Source: Octopus sinensis (taxonomy: Eukaryota). Taken from it: a stretch of DNA of 37,014 nt. Each line of letters starts with the position of its first letter. Position 1 is the first letter of the stretch. Shown in pieces: positions 35,662-37,014 of the stretch. The notes beneath the pieces are model-generated. The model searched no databases, was not told where the DNA came from, and was given only the letters and a program-made list of their open reading frames with translations. Made by a program: the position numbers and the translations under genes. The stretch covers positions 1 to 37,014 of the forward strand of contig NW_021836880.1 of the NCBI RefSeq assembly GCF_006345805.1, in the 5' to 3' direction.

Positions 35662-35894
35662 AAAGTCAAGTCGTGGTGGTGGTAGGAGTGGTGGTGGTGG
35701 TAGTGATGGTGGTCGTCGTCGTAGAGGTAGTGGTGGTTTAGGAGTGGTGGTGGTAGCAGTGGTGGTGGTAGTGGTAGTGGTAGTGGGGGTGTAGTAGTGG
35801 TGGTGATGGTAGTGATGGTCGTGGTGGTTGTGGTGGCGACATACACAAACACAACGACATACACATTCATACACATACATACATACATTCACAC

Positions 35895-36270
35895 AGCTTG
35901 CTTCCGAACCACATGGTTCCGGGTTCAGTTCCATTGCGTGGCAACTTGGGCAGGTGTCTTCTACTATAGCCTCGGGCCAACCAAAGCCTTGTGAGTGGAT
36001 TTGGTAGACCGAAACTGAAAGAAGCCCGTCGTATATATGTATATGTATGTGTGTGTGTGTTTGTGCGTCTGCATTTGTCACCCCCTCCCCAAGTCGCTTG
36101 ACAACCGATGCTGGTGCGTTTACGTCACCGTAACTTAGCGGTTCGCCAAAAGAGATCGATAGAATAAGTACTAGGCTTGCAAAGGACAAGTCCTGGAGTT
36201 AATTTGCTCGACTAAAGGCTGTGCTCCAGCATGGCCACAGTCAAATGACTGAAACAAGTAAAAGAGTAAA
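35895..36270 (+). mobile_element. SINE family A, near full length
   Basis: Matches 6028-6408. Confidence 0.92.
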
Positions 36271-36274
36271 GGGT

Positions 36275-36690
36275 ATACATACATACATACATTCATACAT
36301 ACATACATACATACATACATACATACATACATACACACACATACATACATACATACATACATACATACATACATACACACATACATACATACATACATAC
36401 ATACATACATGCATACATTGGTACATACATACATACATACGTAATACATACATACATACATACATACATGCATACATTGGTACATACATACATACATACG
36501 TAATACATACATACATACATACATACATACATGCATACATACATTGGTACATACATACATACATACATACGTAATACATACATACATACATACATACATA
36601 CATGCATACATACATACATACATACATACATACATACATACATACATACATGCATACATTCGTACATATATATACGTACTTACATACAAT
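36275..36690. repeat. (ACAT)n array with three ~60-67-bp higher-order units
   Basis: The landmarks gcatacattggtac...cgtaatac recur three times between 36410 and 36580. Confidence 0.92.
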
Positions 36691-36850
36691 GAGCTTCCAC
36701 ATTTTCCGTCAACCGAAATCCCCTCACAAGGGCACTGGTTTGCCCAGGGCTATAATAGAAGACATTTGCCAAAAGGTGCTGCGCAATGACACGGTTCCCA
36801 AAACCACGAAGCTTCAAAACAAATTTCGTAATCGCAATCATTCTTGCGTA
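36691..36850 (-). mobile_element. SINE family A head, diverged
   Basis: ttccgtcaaccgaaatcccctcacaagg...ggctataatagaagacatttgccaaaaggtgc. Confidence 0.75.
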
Positions 36851-37014
36851 TCGTTGCTTTAATTATTTTTGTTGTTAATTTCTTTCTATTTCATTCTATT
36901 TTCTCCTACGTTTTTGTTTACAGTTCATTGGGTTTTTTGTTTTGTTATTTATTTACTCATTCTCTTAACTTTTTTCATTCTCTTATTCTGTTATTCTTTT
37001 GTTCTCTTTTCTAT

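Overview
AT-rich, microsatellite-saturated eukaryotic non-coding DNA. The mix of tRNA-derived SINEs, RTE, CR1, R4/Dong, Penelope-like and Helitron remnants among (TA)n/(ATCT)n/(CA)n/(ACAT)n arrays looks like an octopus (coleoid cephalopod) intron or intergenic region; that organism call is inference from recognition, not a database result. I can support no intact host protein-coding gene. Nearly all listed ORFs are translations of simple repeats, and the recognisable protein remnants are decayed retrotransposon ORFs. The most notable signal is a dispersed set of at least 8 type-I hammerhead-ribozyme-like motifs, all partly degenerate, in short non-coding Penelope-pLTR/retrozyme-like elements, mostly bracketed by (TA)n. 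These include (i) a composite element with a tRNA-like Pol III head, a (TAA)n linker invaded by Dong-type insertions, a hammerhead block and an inverted upstream copy (32491-33853), and (ii) a 537-bp-period unit with 46-bp terminal direct repeats and two hammerhead candidates (21953-22535). Also notable: a CR1 LINE whose 3' tail is shared with the dominant SINE and shows compensatory stem changes, an intact 400-bp non-autonomous Helitron, and a promoter/first-exon-like segment partly duplicated 5.4 kb away with terminal redundancy. All coordinates, alignments and folds were read by eye and may be off by a few bases.
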